Shown here: in pieces, positions 14,269 to 28,634 of the stretch | Position numbering within the stretch: the first letter of the stretch is position 1 | How the letters are laid out: each line of letters starts with the position of its first letter | Source of the DNA: the human T2T-CHM13v2.0 reference genome, Homo sapiens | NCBI RefSeq assembly: GCF_009914755.1 | Contig: NC_060938.1 | Reading direction: 5' to 3' (one strand) | DNA: 64,000 nucleotides | Translations under genes and position numbers: made by a program | The notes under the pieces: model-generated | What the model was told of the DNA's origin: nothing | What the model saw: the letters and a program-made list of their open reading frames with translations, nothing else | Databases searched by the model: none

Positions 14269-17007
14269 CGTATTTTACTTTTTAAGCCCTCAATCTTTCT
14301 TTTTCATCATGATAGTCTTTACTGTTTTATGTTTATGTAATGTAAAATTGACTACACAATTTTTACAAAGATTTTATGAAAATATTTTATTGAGAATGTA
14401 CAAACCTGTCAGTCAATTAGAGGAGAAGTTACACTGTCATAATAAATAGCCACAAAGCAAAACCCCAAAAGACATCTAAATCAGAATAAAACAAAACATT
14501 TTAACAAAAACAAAAAGAACAAACTGGCAACAAATATGTGAAGTTTATATTACAAAGATGCTCACTTATCCACTCTAAAGAGAGCTTTTAGAATTTGATT
14601 TAAAATACGGCAAAGACATTATCCCACACTTCACAGAAAAAATAAATTTAAGCAGCTGTTAATACATGAATGTATTATCAAGCTCAGATATAATCAAAAT
14701 TAAATATTTGATAAGAGATTCTACAGTTTGGGAGAAATAGAAGTGTTTTTTTCTTTTCCCCAGGCCCACAAGTCTAGTTTCTTGCTCTTCTTCACTATAA
14801 TGGGGTTTGTCATCAGCTCCCCGAAATATGGGAAGCACAGAGCAGGTGGTGGCTGAAGGTGGGGTATCCTGTGAAACCATATTTAAGATCAGAGCCCTTG
14901 GTCCATTGTGTTGTAATCAGCTGGCTCAGGAAAGAACACCTGGCTGTCCAGAGCTCTACACCTACTGCACTGGGTGTGAAAGGAGGCCTGAGAACCCATG
15001 GGTCCCAAACCCACCCCACTCCAAATTATCATCCAGTATTGAGAACTCTGACACCAAATTCTCACAGAGCATATGTTTATGCAGTTTTACATTTAATTTC
15101 TCATTACATTACAATTGGGAAACTGAGGCCCCAGAAGAGGCAGAGACTGGTCCAGATCTCAGGAGGTGGGCAGGCTCCAGAGCATTAGAGAGGGCTCCAG
15201 CTTCCTAGGCCTTGGCACCGTCCCACTTATCAGGTTTGTTTTCGAAATTAGAGTCTGTAGCTACACATTCAGGAGCACAGAAAATGAGCAGATTCAGGGT
15301 TCTGTTCACATGGGGTCCTCTCCATGTCAGTTTCAAGATAACAGGACTGGGGTTCTGCATCCAGCTCTGAGGGCAACTGGAAGTAAAATGAGCTATGCTC
15401 CACCTCAGCCTAATGTAGACAGTGCCTACAGGAAAGCCTGTTTTCTTCCTCATAAATAGGGGTGCCTGAAGTGGGTGACCTTGATGATTTCACATACTCA
15501 TAAGTGTCTGCCAGCCTGGATTCTTGCTCTGAGACTGCAAAAATGCACCCACTCTGCAGATCCTTCAAATCAGAGGGAGGCATGGCCACTTGAGAGGCAT
15601 CTTGGGTAGATGAAGATGAGACAGAGTTAAATGTGCCAGAGCACTGGACTCTGAGGCTGAGGTCCACGGAAAATCTCAGCTACTGTTGCGTTCTTAAGGT
15701 CCTCATTTGAAAGTGGTAGAAAATAATTTCACTGGATAAGGGGAGGATACCTCATGAGTAAATAGCACAACCAAAAATGTGGAGGCAAAGAGAGGGCAAA
15801 ATGGGATTCCTAGGTCACTCATTATACTTGGGGCCTTCAGATCCTGCTACTTTATCCCCTAGGACCTTGAAGAACCAGTGTCTTGAGGACAGAAAAATCA
15901 AGGTATCAGATTTGTTCAGTAGTGCTCCTGCTTGGGGCTGTAGGGTTAGTGATGGCCAGGAGGTGGTTACAGCCTACTGTGTTTCTGGTGCCCACTGAGC
16001 TTTGCTGGAGCAGCTGGAACAAGTAACAGTCACACACCTCATGTTGTTATCAGTGATGTCCACATTATCATGTGGTCAAAAGGGGAAGGGATATTAGGGA
16101 TCCCCCATATAATCACTTAGCCAGTCTTTTTTCCCTTGCGCTCACCATTTGCCAGCGACCCTGGTGGGTCCAACATGTGGTACAGAAAATTATTACTTCA
16201 TGTCTGCACCCCCCAACCCAGGACCAAACAGTCTGAGGACCGCTGGACAAAAGCACTAAAGCAAGTATATGTGAAAGAAAAGAGCAAGGACTATAATATA
16301 AAGTAGATTATTGAGAAGAAAACCTGGAAAATTATTGCATGGGAGGACCTCAGGCCTCACTGAGGTGACTTTTAATCCATGAGGATGACAGCAGGGAGGC
16401 ATCTGCACAAGCATGTGTCAGGGAGAAGCCACCCTTAGTGAAAAGACTCATAGGTGTGAGTTTGGCAGAGGTAAAAAGGGACTAGTTTGGCTGCAGACAG
16501 CCTGAGAAAGAGATAAGCAGAGGGATGGAGAATCCTAGGGCCTGGGAGATGAGGTTAGATATCTGCTCCTTTCTGACAACATTGCCCTAAAAGTCAGCAC
16601 TTTTCAACAACATATAATATCTCATAATTTGTGTGGACCAGAATCTGGACACAGTTCAGCTGGCTACCTCTGCCTTCAGGTCTTTTATGAGACTGAGGGC
16701 TGTGGTCTTAACTGAAGCTGGACTGGGAAAGCATGAGCCTTTAAGCTGACTCATGTGAAAATTGACAGGGTTTAGTGTGGACAGAGAGCCTGACTTTCCT
16801 TCTCTCTACTCGTCTGAGCACCGCCTCACCCTTTGTTATGTGGGTCTCTACATGGAGCATCTCATAGCATTGGAGCTTGCTTCCTGTGTTTGAGGAATAC
16901 AATAGACAGAATTAGACAAAAAGGTTTACACAAAAAGAGACAGAAAGATCGAGGGCGCAAACGAGAAAAACCCAGTAGGAGAAAAATTAGAGCTTTAAAA
17001 ACATCTT

Positions 17008-17337
<330 letters not shown>

Positions 17338-17349
17338 CTTGAGAGTTAC

Positions 17350-17679
17350 TATAATTTTTCTTCTATATTTGTGTTAAAATTGTAACCCCGGGCGTAATGC
17401 TATAAGGAGGTAGAATGTAATTAACCCCTTAGGGTGGGACCCTCATAATACAGATTACTGGCTTTATACAAGAAACCGCAGAGGGCTCTCATCCTCCTGC
17501 AAAATGAGGGTAAAACCTGAAGTGTGCAGGCTGAAATTCAGAAGCCAGTCATCACCAGATCTCAACCATGCTGACACCCTGATCTCAAATTTGAACCTCT
17601 GGAGGTATGAGAAATTAAGTCCTGTTGTCTATATGCTGCCTATCTATGGTTCTTTGGCATAGCAGCCTGAACTAATACA
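17350..17679 (+). mobile_element. MLT1-type MaLR LTR
   Basis: catgctgacaccctgatctc...tatggttctttggcatagcagcctgaactaataca terminus. Confidence 0.75.
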
Positions 17680-17737
17680 AAAGTGATATCCTTTTCTGTG
17701 TTTCATTGGAGAGAAGCTGAATTTGTACCCCCTATAC

Positions 17738-18205
17738 TGTTAAAAAAAAGACTTAAAAAATGGATCTTCAGAATGAAAGATAGGAAACGGCTTGTTGAAA
17801 CACTAAAATTTTAACTGCTATAAGTTTTTTAAACATTGGCTGAAATTGTTGGAACCAATATGGCCAACTGAAGTCCATGAAGCATCAGTTTGCAGACTTT
17901 GGAGCCCAAATTTCCATTGTGTGCTTCATACTAACTCTCCCTGAATTTGTATGTGACCTGTGAGGAAACAAGAAGAGATGACTGTATATGTCTCATGACT
18001 TTCCATATTCCTACTTTCCTTCCAGCAATCCCCTACAGAACCCACCTATTAGGCCTTTTCTAATCACTGCCTTAAAGCCAGTATGACAAAACAAATTTGA
18101 TTTGAACTCCTATCTCCTTGTTAGCCAACATACAAGATGATATTTTCCTCAAAACCGAAGGGCCATAGTACTGGCATCAGGAAGTATTCCATTTTATTCA
18201 ATAAA
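17738..18205 (+). mobile_element. ERV1 LTR (MER34/MER39-like), diverged
   Basis: Starts tgtta; 3' part tttcctcaaaacc...gccatagtactggc resembles MER34-group U5. Confidence 0.45.
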
Positions 18206-18327
18206 AAACTGAGTCACTCAATACCTAGTACTGGGAGACTTTGTGAAGACTTCCTCTGTCATAGACGTGATAAGGCACATGGATATGATTCTAAATATAA
18301 AGAGAAAGCACTAGAAAGTTGAATTCC

Positions 18328-18661
18328 TGTATTAGATCATTCTCATACTGCAATGATGGAGTACCTGAGACTGGGTAACTTATAAAGTAAAGAAGTTTAA
18401 TTGACTCACATTTCCACATAATTGTGGGGGCACCTCAGAAACCTTCCAATTACAGTGGCTGACAAGTGAAGTGAGTGAGAGCATGGGATGTACCAGATGC
18501 TTATGAAACTATCAGATCTCGTGAGAACTCACTATCACAAGAACAGCATGAGGAGAACCCGTCCCCATAATCCAATCATCTCCCCTCAGGTTTTCCCTTA
18601 ACACCTAGGGGTTATAATACACAATGAGTTTTGGGTGGGGACGCACAGCTAAACTATATGA
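18328..18661 (-). mobile_element. THE1/MST MaLR solo LTR
   Basis: tgtattag...cctgagactgggtaacttataaag...gtgagaactcactatcacaagaacagcatg; approximate TSD attcc/atgcc. Confidence 0.88.
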
Positions 18662-18879
18662 ATGCCAGAGGACAGTATCTACATTTAATTTCAACTTCAT
18701 ACTGGAGCAGAATGAAAATGAGGCCCAGTGGAGAAGTGATATTTCCAAGATCACCCTGGCAGACACCAGGCCTGTTTGAGTTGTGGCCCATGCTACCTCC
18801 CACCTATTCTCCTAATGCTTCCATCTCTAAGTGTGTGCATTATCTACAGGTGACACTACATCATTATTTTTATGTCTTA

Positions 18880-18881
<2 letters not shown>

Positions 18882-18913
<32 letters not shown>

Positions 18914-19200
18914 AGACGGAGTCTCGCTCTGTCGCCCAGGCCGGACTCCGGACTGCAGTGGCGCAATCTCGGCTCACGGCAAGCTCCGCTTCCCGGGTTC
19001 ACGCCATTCTCCTGCCTCAGCCTCCCGAGTAGCTGGGACTACAGGCGCCCGCCACCGCGCCCGGCTAATTTTTTGTATTTTTAGTAGAGACGGGGTTTCA
19101 CCTTGTTAGCCAGGATGGTCTCGATCTCCTGACCTCATGATCCACCCGCCTCGGCCTCCCAAAGTGCTGGGATTACAGGCGTGAGCCACCGCGCCTGGCC
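18882..19200 (-). mobile_element. AluYb8 (human-specific young Alu)
   Basis: Yb 7-bp duplication (ccggactccggactgcag), ccttgttagcc, gacctcatgatcc, ctccgcttcccg; intact CpGs; pure T31 tail; TSD tgtcttatc. Confidence 0.92.
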
Positions 19201-20131
19201 ACTGTCTTATCTTATATACACCTAATACATTCCCTAGGAAGTAGATGTTAGCATCATCACCACTGTGCATGTTAGGAGGCTGGGGAAGCCTTGAATACAG
19301 TGACTTTTACTGGGTCCCAGAGATGGTAAGAAAAACAAAGTTATGGTCCAGCTGTCTCTTCTATCCTGGAACCCAGGTTGCATTTAGGTCTTTCCAGGGA
19401 ATTAAGGGGAAGTTGTGTTTGCATAATTGTGTACAAATAAAGAGTTGACATGGAAGAGGAGACTGAGCAATCAGTAGCATAGTGGGGCCTTTCGGTATGT
19501 CTTACAGAAACATAGGGCCCAGTAGATGGAACCTTGAAGAGTTTAACACACTTTCTTGGTGTCAGAACCCAACAGCAGTTAAGAAACCAGGAATCCACAT
19601 TCTTGAGACAGCTCTGTATCCACCTCTGTTTGTGAGAGTTGCTCAAGAGAGTGAGATGCTCTTTCATTGTGCCCTGAAATTTCTGAGTTTCAGCCTTACA
19701 AAGGCTCAATGTAAAAGTCTTATCTGATAACACAGATGTCAACTGAGCCCTCATCACTGATGTCCCTGGCTATTGGCCGGGTGCACCTACAAATAACACA
19801 GGGCAGCCCAGGACAGGCCCCTCCAAGCCAGCCTCTCTTATCAACTCATCTGAGCAGTTCCACACCACTTCTTAGTACCATGAGTTGGATGGGGAGCAAG
19901 AGGGAGGGCACTCTTCTTGGACTGAAGTAGATTGTCGGGTGTTGGAACTCTTGTGTACCTGTCATGTTCATACCTAGGCCATAGCTGGCAGAATAAAAAG
20001 AAGAGGGTTGGAGAATGAGTCTGTGTACTCAGATGTGAATTCCAAGACTTTAACTTGTCCTCTGGTTTCCTTCCTTCATGGAGATTTATACAGATTCTCC
20101 TTATGTGCCTAATCTGAAGAGCAGAATTTCT

Positions 20132-20315
20132 TTTATTTTCTTTTTTCTTTTTTCCTTTCTTCTTTTCTCTTTTCTTTTCTTTCTTTCTTCTTTCTTTCTT
20201 TTTTTCTTTCTCTTTCTTTCTTTCCATCTCTCTCTTTCTTTCTTTCTTTCCTTCTCTCTCTCTTTCTTTTTTATTTATCATGAAGTCTCACTCTGTTACC
20301 CAGGCTGGAGTGCAG
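20132..20315 (-). mobile_element. Extremely 5'-truncated Alu (~35 nt) whose tail became a TC/TTTC microsatellite
   Basis: gtctcactctgttacccaggctggagtgcag at 20285-20315; 16-bp TSD gaagagcagaatttct/gaaaagcagaatttct. Confidence 0.8.
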
Positions 20316-21259
20316 AGAAAAGCAGAATTTCTAATGGAGGTGTCACATACGGTCAAAGCAAGGCAGAACACAGACTTTTCTTTGCGTGGTTTCTAGGCAC
20401 ATTTACAAAGCTGCATTCAGATTGATGAGGAGCTTCATCATTCAGTTTAATGTGGCCAACTCCTCCCTCTTTTTGGAAAAAGAGCAGGTGCACTAAACCA
20501 GCAAACACAGCCAGCACTGGGCTGTGCTGAGAGCAGCCACATAGGGGTCTCTACAGACAGAAACCCGAGAAGACCGGGAAAGAACCAGGACCCAGACTCA
20601 AATATGAAAAATCTCTGGGCTTTGTCCTACGGCCTTCCCATGAGTAACTCATAGCCTTGTTCCAGTGGAATCTGGCCTTCACTAGTCTCAGTGGCAAGTT
20701 GGTTATGTGGAAAGTCTCTCTTCACACACTTGTGCGAATAACGATAAAGAATTTTGTATTGTTTTCACTCTACATTAGACCATGAGTATTTATGCCTGTG
20801 GCTGCAGTTTGTATTAGTTTCCGGCCCCAGGTATCTCCTGCAGCATGCAGCTTCAGTCCTATCGGACCCTCAAAACTTAAAAGCTAACACTATTACTAGG
20901 GAGGATTTCGCAGGAAAATGGTGAGAGGGTTACACACAAAAAAGGTTAAACTACTCTATGCATGTTTCTGCAATGTGTTATCTCAGGAACTCATTTCTGT
21001 AGCCCATCAGGGCAGGAGCTGGGCTCTCACCTGTTGATAATATTCCATAAGGGAGGTTCTTCCCCACAGTGTTTAGTCTTCCAACGCTGGTACAGCCTGA
21101 CATGATGACATTCTACTTTCATGTCGGTCATGCTGCAGGGAAAATTCTGTGAGTGTCCTAATAGGCTGGAATCATTTGCTAGGGTGAACCCCATCTTTGG
21201 TGCTCACTTTTCTGTTATCTTGTAATTAGCTTTATTCTCAGCAAATCCAAGTCTATTTT

Positions 21260-21595
21260 ATTTATCTGTTTATTTACTTATTTTTATGTATGGAAAAACA
21301 CTTTTTTTTATTTACTTATTTATTTAGAGACAGGGTCTCCGTCTGTTACCCAAGCTGGAGTACAGTGGTAGAGTGCTGTGATCATGGCTCATTGCAGCTT
21401 CAAACTCTTGGGCTCAAATGATTCTCTCACCTCAGCCTCCTGTGCCACCATGCCCTGCTAGTTGATTTTAATTTTTTATAAAGAAGGAGACTCATTAGGC
21501 AGCCCAGGCTGGTCTCAAACTCCTGGGCCCAAGCAATTCTCTCATCTCAGCCTCCCAAAGCACTGGGATTAAAAACATGAGCCACTGTACTGAGC
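21260..21595 (-). mobile_element. AluJ-like SINE
   Basis: gagacagggtctc...tcatggctcattgcagc...ctcccaaagcactgggatt. Confidence 0.88.
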
Positions 21596-21790
21596 TGTGC
21601 CTACTTCAAAAGACTGAAAATAAAAAATCAATAAATCTTTGCCAAATTAAAAAACAAAACAATAGTTTCCAGGTCTTAGACAAAGACAATTCTGTGTCAT
21701 GAAGGTGGCAAAAGGCTTATTTAGCTGTTAAAATGATTTGCTTATATTTCAAAGAAGCAGAGAAAAAAAGATACATATAAAAGTTTTCCA

Positions 21791-22227
21791 GGCCAGGCAC
21801 GGCTGTTCATGCCTGTAATCCCAACATTTGGGGAGGCCAAGGCAGGAGGATCTCTTGAAGCCAAATGTTTGAGTCCAGTACAGGCAACATGGTGAAATTC
21901 TGTCACCATAAAAAAATAAATAAAATAAATATGACTGGGCATGGTGGTTCACGCTTGTAATACCAGCACTTTGGGAGTCGGAGGCAGGTGGATAATGAGG
22001 TCAGGAGTTCGAGACCAGCCTGGCCAAAATGGTGAAACCCTTTCTCTCCTAAAAATAATAACAATAAAAAATCAGCCAGGCATGGTGCTGTGCGCCTGTA
22101 ATGCCAGCTACTCAAAAGGTTGAAGCAAGAGAATTGCTTGAACCTGGGAGGTGGAGGTTGCATTGAGCTAAGATCATGTCACTACACTCTAGCCTGACCC
22201 ACAGAGCAAGACACTGTCTTGAAAAAA

Positions 22228-22270
<43 letters not shown>

Positions 22271-22430
22271 AGTTAGCCAGGCCTGGAGGTGCATGCCTAT
22301 AGTCCTAGGTAATTAAGAGGTTGAGGCAGGAGGACTGCTCAAACCCAAGAAGTTAAGGTTATAGTGAGCTATGATTATGCCATTGCACTTCAGACTAAGC
22401 AAAAGAGTAAGATTCCATCTCAAAAAATTA
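21791..22430 (+). mobile_element. AluJ with an AluS (~21932-22270, (TAAA)n tail) nested in its mid A-rich linker
   Basis: Left arm 21791-21930, full inner Alu, outer right arm resumes ttagccaggcctggaggtg at ~22273. Confidence 0.85.
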
Positions 22431-23277
22431 CTAAAAAAAGTTCTCTAAATTACATTGTTTAAGAAAAGGGAAAAGAAAAAATATCTTTTTTAATTTTCAA
22501 ATGGGAGGATAGAGCCTCTCATTTCTAATATGTATTTCCTTCTGCAAAAACATGGCCTAGGCCCATGGTCTTGAACTGCTGGACATCTGAATTTTAGTAG
22601 GTGCTGGATTCAGGCAACTGAGGGGTGGCTTGGACACACTAAGTGCATGTAAATAAAAGGTTTGAGGTGAACTAAAAGGTAAAAGAGGGGAAGGTGCTAT
22701 TAAGAACCCACAATTGGGAGACATTACAGGGTTGGTGGAAGGACTGGTTCATGCTACAGATACTGACCCAGGTGAAACTTTACTCTGACTTATTTCTGTG
22801 TCCATGCAAGAAGACGAGATTATGATCAGGTGGCACAGAAACCTGGGATGGTGAAAAAACCAGGTTGCCCCTGCAGATTCAGTGTCTGAGGTAGAGCATA
22901 TGCCAGGGGTCTTGTAGGCACGTGTGTGGGTTTTTGGTGGGAAAGTCTATGAGGATAGGTAGCATGGGCAACAATCTTGATGCCGAAGCCCTGTGCTGGG
23001 AGGGGCTTGACCACGTCAACATGCAGTGTGTATGTTCAGTGGGTGAAAAACATATGGTGGCCTCAGGTTGGCAGGAGGGTAGAAGGCATCTGTTCTCAGA
23101 ACTTCTTCCCTCAGAGTCGTCGGTCCTTCTTACCATGGGAGGATGCCTGGAACCACAGGGCAGTGCATGGTGTAGCAGCCTGTGTGCAGAGCAGAGCCTA
23201 CCTTCCCCGAGACACCTGGAGTCTCTCTCCAGCAGAGGCCCCCACATTGTCTTTCTTTTTATGTTTTTGATCCTAAA

Positions 23278-23625
23278 TGTGGAAAGTTCCCTGAAAACCC
23301 ACTGATTCTCCAACACCCATTTGTTGCCCCAAAATTTAATTCTGACACAACTTAGAGTTCGCACAGACCCCACAAATTCAGGGCTCAGTCCCACATCACC
23401 TCTCTCACTGTAGAGGAGAGTTACACATCCCTGAAGCCCATCTACACTTCTGAGCTACCTCCTATAAATCTGAGACTAGCATAAACCCCTTTTCAAGTTA
23501 AATAATTTGATAGAATTACTAAAAAGAAAACCTCAACAAATAACTGTAATTATATTTACTACTTTATTATAAAAATATAACTCAGAAACAGCCAAATGGA
23601 AGAGATGTCTAGGGCAAGGAACAGT
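23278..23625 (-). mobile_element. MER21-like LTR fragment
   Basis: aattctgacac...cagaccccaca...agggctcagtcccaca; actttattataaaa...aaatggaagagatg. Confidence 0.7.
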
Positions 23626-24553
23626 TGTGGGTGAAGGTAATCCTGGAAATAGCTATATTTAAAGAAATTCCCCCATTCTTTGCATTCTCAAAGAACAGCT
23701 TAGTGAAGAGAAACGTGCTTCCCCTGATGACTTTGAGGATGCTCCCTGCTGTTTTTTTAACCTATCACAAAAATGGACACAGATTGCAAATTCCCATTTT
23801 TAAAAATGAACAACCATTCAGTAATTTAGTCTTCAGTGGTCAAAATAACATACTCTTTACAGAAACTTTGCTTGTTTCTCTTCTTCCAACCAGCCCCTGA
23901 ACTTTGACTCACCCACAGCTTCAGCAAACCTACAACCCTTATTTATACATAACCCTCCTAAGAACAGGCTGAGTTCAAGGTGAAACATTATCTTATCTGG
24001 GATCTCATTTTGCTACCCTCCATCGTGTGCTTCCTTTCCAACCTTCTTTGTAAACTTGTTTTCTCTCCCTATGAAATAAGGCCCTTTTCCACCTAACCTT
24101 AGAGATACTCAAAGATCTAATCATTTGTACTTTTTCTTTGTTGCAATACTTCTTAGGTAACTTCTTAGACCAAGTCTAGAAACAATCTGAGGACAATAAC
24201 AATTCCATTCTAAAAAGAATCTCCCAACATTTCTTCTGTCTCAACCTCAACTGCATCTGCCTGTGAACTTCCAGCTTACCAAGGCTCTATATCTTCTGGC
24301 AGTGACAAAGGCTCCTTCCATGGTTGGTGTGAGTAGGCTTGGACACCTGCAGGGTAGACACCCAGGAATAATCAACTGGGCCTTCAGTGGTCCTCTTTTG
24401 CAGGGTCAAGGTGGGCCTTAGCTTTTAGTCAATGGTCTAAGACTTCTACTTACCAGTTAGTCATTCAGTTAGTTTTCAATTCAAAAAATACTTCATGTTT
24501 GAAGAATCCAGCAAAAATTATTCAAATCTAAGGTATAAAAGAGAGGAAATTAC

Positions 24554-24866
<313 letters not shown>

Positions 24867-25169
24867 TTATAAGGGGCTTATATCTTATAATTCATCAAGA
24901 AAAGCCAAAGTATCTATCCCTTTCAGAAAATAAACATGTAATTTAATTATGTTCATAACAAATCATTTAGTAAACAATTAATCATATGTGAACACTTCCA
25001 AGAGGCGCAAAGTCCCAGCTCCTAAAACTTAACATTACCCTCAAACACCCAGATGGCAGCATATGGAATAGAGTTATTCACTTTCACAAGTTCTCTCTTT
25101 TGAAAAAAAGAATAACTTATGTGATAAATTTATGTAATTTGACAATTAATCTACCTCATGTGCTTGCAG

Positions 25170-25334
25170 ATATGTATTCATTTCCTACCACCGTAGTGGA
25201 AGAGATACTATCCCTATCTTTACAACTGATAGCATTTCCAACAGTAAGCTGTGAGATTCTGCTTGAAATCACCTCTCAAACAAATAAAAAACAGACCTGG
25301 GAGACATGCTACACTCATTCTGCTCAAGAAATAG
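25170..25334 (+). other. Candidate spliced exon (165 nt) of a non-coding or pseudogene transcript
   Basis: cttgcag acceptor and consensus AG|GTAAGT donor; open frame DMYSFPTTVVEE...SAQEI. Confidence 0.45.
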
Positions 25335-27104
25335 GTAAGTAACAATTTTTAACAAATGAAATATATTACTACTTAATTTTATTCAAAATTCACCAACTTA
25401 ATGTGCTTTATAAATATTCTCATACCTTTGAAGCTCTACTGATAAAACATAATTTACAGTTAATGAAAAAGTGAAGTTAAAATAAATCCAATCATATTTT
25501 CAAGGTGACAAAATTAGAAGGTGACAATGCTGATTGAAACACAGACATATCTGACCCAAGGGTCAAGTCAAGCCTTTCTATTACTTGGGATATTTTCCCT
25601 GCTTCTATCTGGTTCAGTGATGTGGGTCATGAGCGTCCTACCAGGAGCTGCTACACTCTGCTCCACTGTGTCTGTGAGGTGCATTTTACTTTGCAGGTTT
25701 TTGCACTGCCTCACTAGGTTGGGTTTCTTTGTCCTTTGAAATATTTTCTCTCTCTTCACCAATCTGAGGACAGTTTTTCCTCAATATCAGCATCCAGTTG
25801 CCTGGCCTGCAATGTGTCTCTAAGGAATGGAAACTAAGCGTTGGGGTAAGAAATTCTTAATGTCCTAAGGGGTTTGCTTTTAACGCAAAGGTATACCTGG
25901 AGATTCCTTCCAGGTATAGTGCATCCAACCACTCCAAAAAGAGGCTGCATTCCCATACCTTGGGCTGTTCCCTGAGAGGAGATGACACAAGGGATGCTAT
26001 TTACTAGACACTTCAAGAGTCATGGCCACTGTTGGTATCTTGGGGATTCTCAAGCAGTTTTGAAACCCAAAACCAAGAAAATAACACAGGATGCCTGAGG
26101 ATGTATTGCCCTGTGAGGTTTCTGAAATGAAACCTCAACCCAAAGACATTCTGATGGGGTGTCTGTGCCAAGGGAAGATTAAAGAAAGGGACACAAATAT
26201 TTTCTTTCCTTTTATTTTCTTTTTTTTTTACTGTGGATTGTCAGGGGATTATTATGTGCTTTCATGTCCTGTGAAATGTTTACAAATGAAAAATATTTTT
26301 TAAAGTGTCATCCACTGCTTTTTGAAAAAATGCAGAATTAAAATACTGTGTCTAAAATGTACAATAAAGAACAGTTGATAATGTTGTGAGTTACACAAGG
26401 TTAGTTAGTGTTGGTAAGTGTCAGGAAAGAACTGGAAATTTAAACTCTGACTGCAAGCCAGAGTTAGGCTGGGGTAACAGGGTGGTAGATTTGAGGCTCT
26501 TCTTGCCACACATTTGGAAAATGCATGAGAAAACTAATTCTCTTTTGGAGCATTAAAACAACTAAAAAACAGGCAATTGCGTTGAGGTGGCTCTAGTGTC
26601 CTGAGCTCTGAGTGGAGAGACAGGCAAAGGCATCCCTAGATCCAAAAAGCTGCCCATTCTTCTCCAGCTGTGCACCTGATTAGATAATTTCCACTCCAGC
26701 ACCCATGATTGGATATAGTTCAATTCCCCACCAAGCCCCCTCAGGCCATGAGTGACATATGTGATTTGACACTGGATTGAATAAAGCAAGAATTATAAGT
26801 TTTTCCTGGATCCTTTTCTGGCAGGGCTTCCTTCATGCACTGGACACTGGCCCTGACTGTAAAATACTTGCATTTTCATTTGTGTGTAAGATTATTTGTA
26901 TTTATGAAAAATATATATGTGTTATTCATACATGGAAGCAATATAATGACAATTATTTTAAAATTTCAGATTTTTTACTTTCCTGGCACATCCAGGTTTT
27001 AGAGCAGGCAGCCTGAGATTTCAAAAATGAGGCAATTCTCTAAGAAATAATATGTGAGGCACATGTGAATTTTAAATATTCTAGTAGCTACATTTTAATA
27101 AATA

Positions 27105-27397
27105 CACCAGGCATGGTTGCCTGTTCGTGTAGGTTGAACTGTTTGGGAGACTGATGTGGGAGGATCATTTGAGGCAAGGAGTTTGTGACTAGCCCAGGCA
27201 GCATAGAGAAAGCCATCTCAACAACAACAAAAAAAAAATTGAAAAATTAGCCATGCCTGGTGTATGCCTTCAGTCCCAGCTACTCAGAAGGCTGGAGCTG
27301 GAGGATCACCTGAGCCTGGGAGGTCAAGGCTGCAGTGAGCCATGATCACACCACTGCACTCCAGCCTCACTGACAGAACAAAACTCTGACTCAAAAA
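27105..27397 (+). mobile_element. AluJ-like SINE
   Basis: gaggtcaaggctgcagtgagccatgatcacaccactgcactccagcc. Confidence 0.88.
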
Positions 27398-28634
27398 ACT
27401 GATCTCTGGAAAGGCATTTTCTTTTTCTGCAACGTAGCCAACTAGCTAAGTTTGTATTGAAGCCATCCTTTAATTTTTAACAGGGCAAGAATATTTTCTA
27501 AGACCCCGAACTCCAGATATGCGATGGGGCAAATCCTGAAGCGTACATGGCTATCTCTCACAGCTAAAGCACCCCTCACCCCTATCCTGCGCTTCTTACC
27601 CCTGGCGCAAGAGAATCACCTGCGGGGAGGAAAACTTTCAAAATCCCTTAAACCCAAGTTGTAACCGCACAACTAAATCAGAATCCTTGGAGCTGGATCT
27701 GAAAAAAATACGGTTGAAAGTTGTGCAGGTGATTACAATGTGTAGGCAAGCCACAAAACCATGGCTTTAACCAGCAGCTTTTGTTAGAAATGATTTCTCC
27801 AATGAATGTAAAAACGTTTGCTGCTGAATTGTGACCTTTCAATTTTACCTGCTTTTCCTGCAAAGTATATTTTGCAGACCCAGGCTGGCTTCTCCTTCTG
27901 TTCCTGGTTCACCCAGTGCTGTGTGTGCTCAGTGCATCCTGTGCACGGGCCACTGTGCTGTGTGCGCTGGCCTGGGTGAGCATCATTCTTCGGGGAGAAC
28001 ATTTCTGAAAACAAAGCTGAATTCCAAAAAGTTAAAACCATGCTACTTACTGTACTGAGGTAAAAATTAAAAGACCTAGGGGACTCTTCCAAAAGTTAAA
28101 ACGTAAATAAATATCTTGGAACATTAATATACACCTGACGATGTCCTGAGTGAACACGCCCCACTTTAAAACAAAACAAAACATTACTATTATTCTAAAA
28201 TATTAATTTAGGATTGTTATGCAAATATGTACTATTTAAATATTTATTGATGAATAACATGCATACAGCAATATAGGAACAAAATATTTATGGAATGCTT
28301 GATGAATTATTACTAAATAAATACACTTGTGTATGTAAGAATCAGATTTGCTCATGCCCTTGACACTTTCTCCTTCCCAAAGGTAACCAAGACCTTAAGA
28401 GCTAAGTGTAGATAAACTTTGTCATTTTCTACAAGTTTTATTACAGAACATTAAAAACGTATACACAATACAAAAAAAAGATAACAGGCCAGTCACCCAG
28501 CTTTAACAGCTACTAATCATGTGTCATTTTTGTTTCACCTATACTTCCAGCCATTCCCACCCCAATTTCATTGTTTTTTAGCCTTTTTGGATAAAATGTA
28601 TATTCATTGCAAGGTACAATGTGAACTGTAAATA

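Noticed and set aside
15410-15667. Peptide with DTYEYV/PIYEE resembling immunoreceptor tyrosine motifs
   Set aside because: Motifs are short and wrongly spaced for an ITAM; no Ig or transmembrane exon found
19841-20425. K/E/R-rich and F/L/S-rich ORFs
   Set aside because: Translation of the TC microsatellite
20335-21240. Possible ERV1 LTR on the minus strand
   Set aside because: LTR-like terminus, but I could not assign a family or both boundaries, so it is not listed as a feature
22879-23394. 171-aa minus ORF and overlapping plus ORFs
   Set aside because: Starts inside a MER21-like LTR with no recognisable domain
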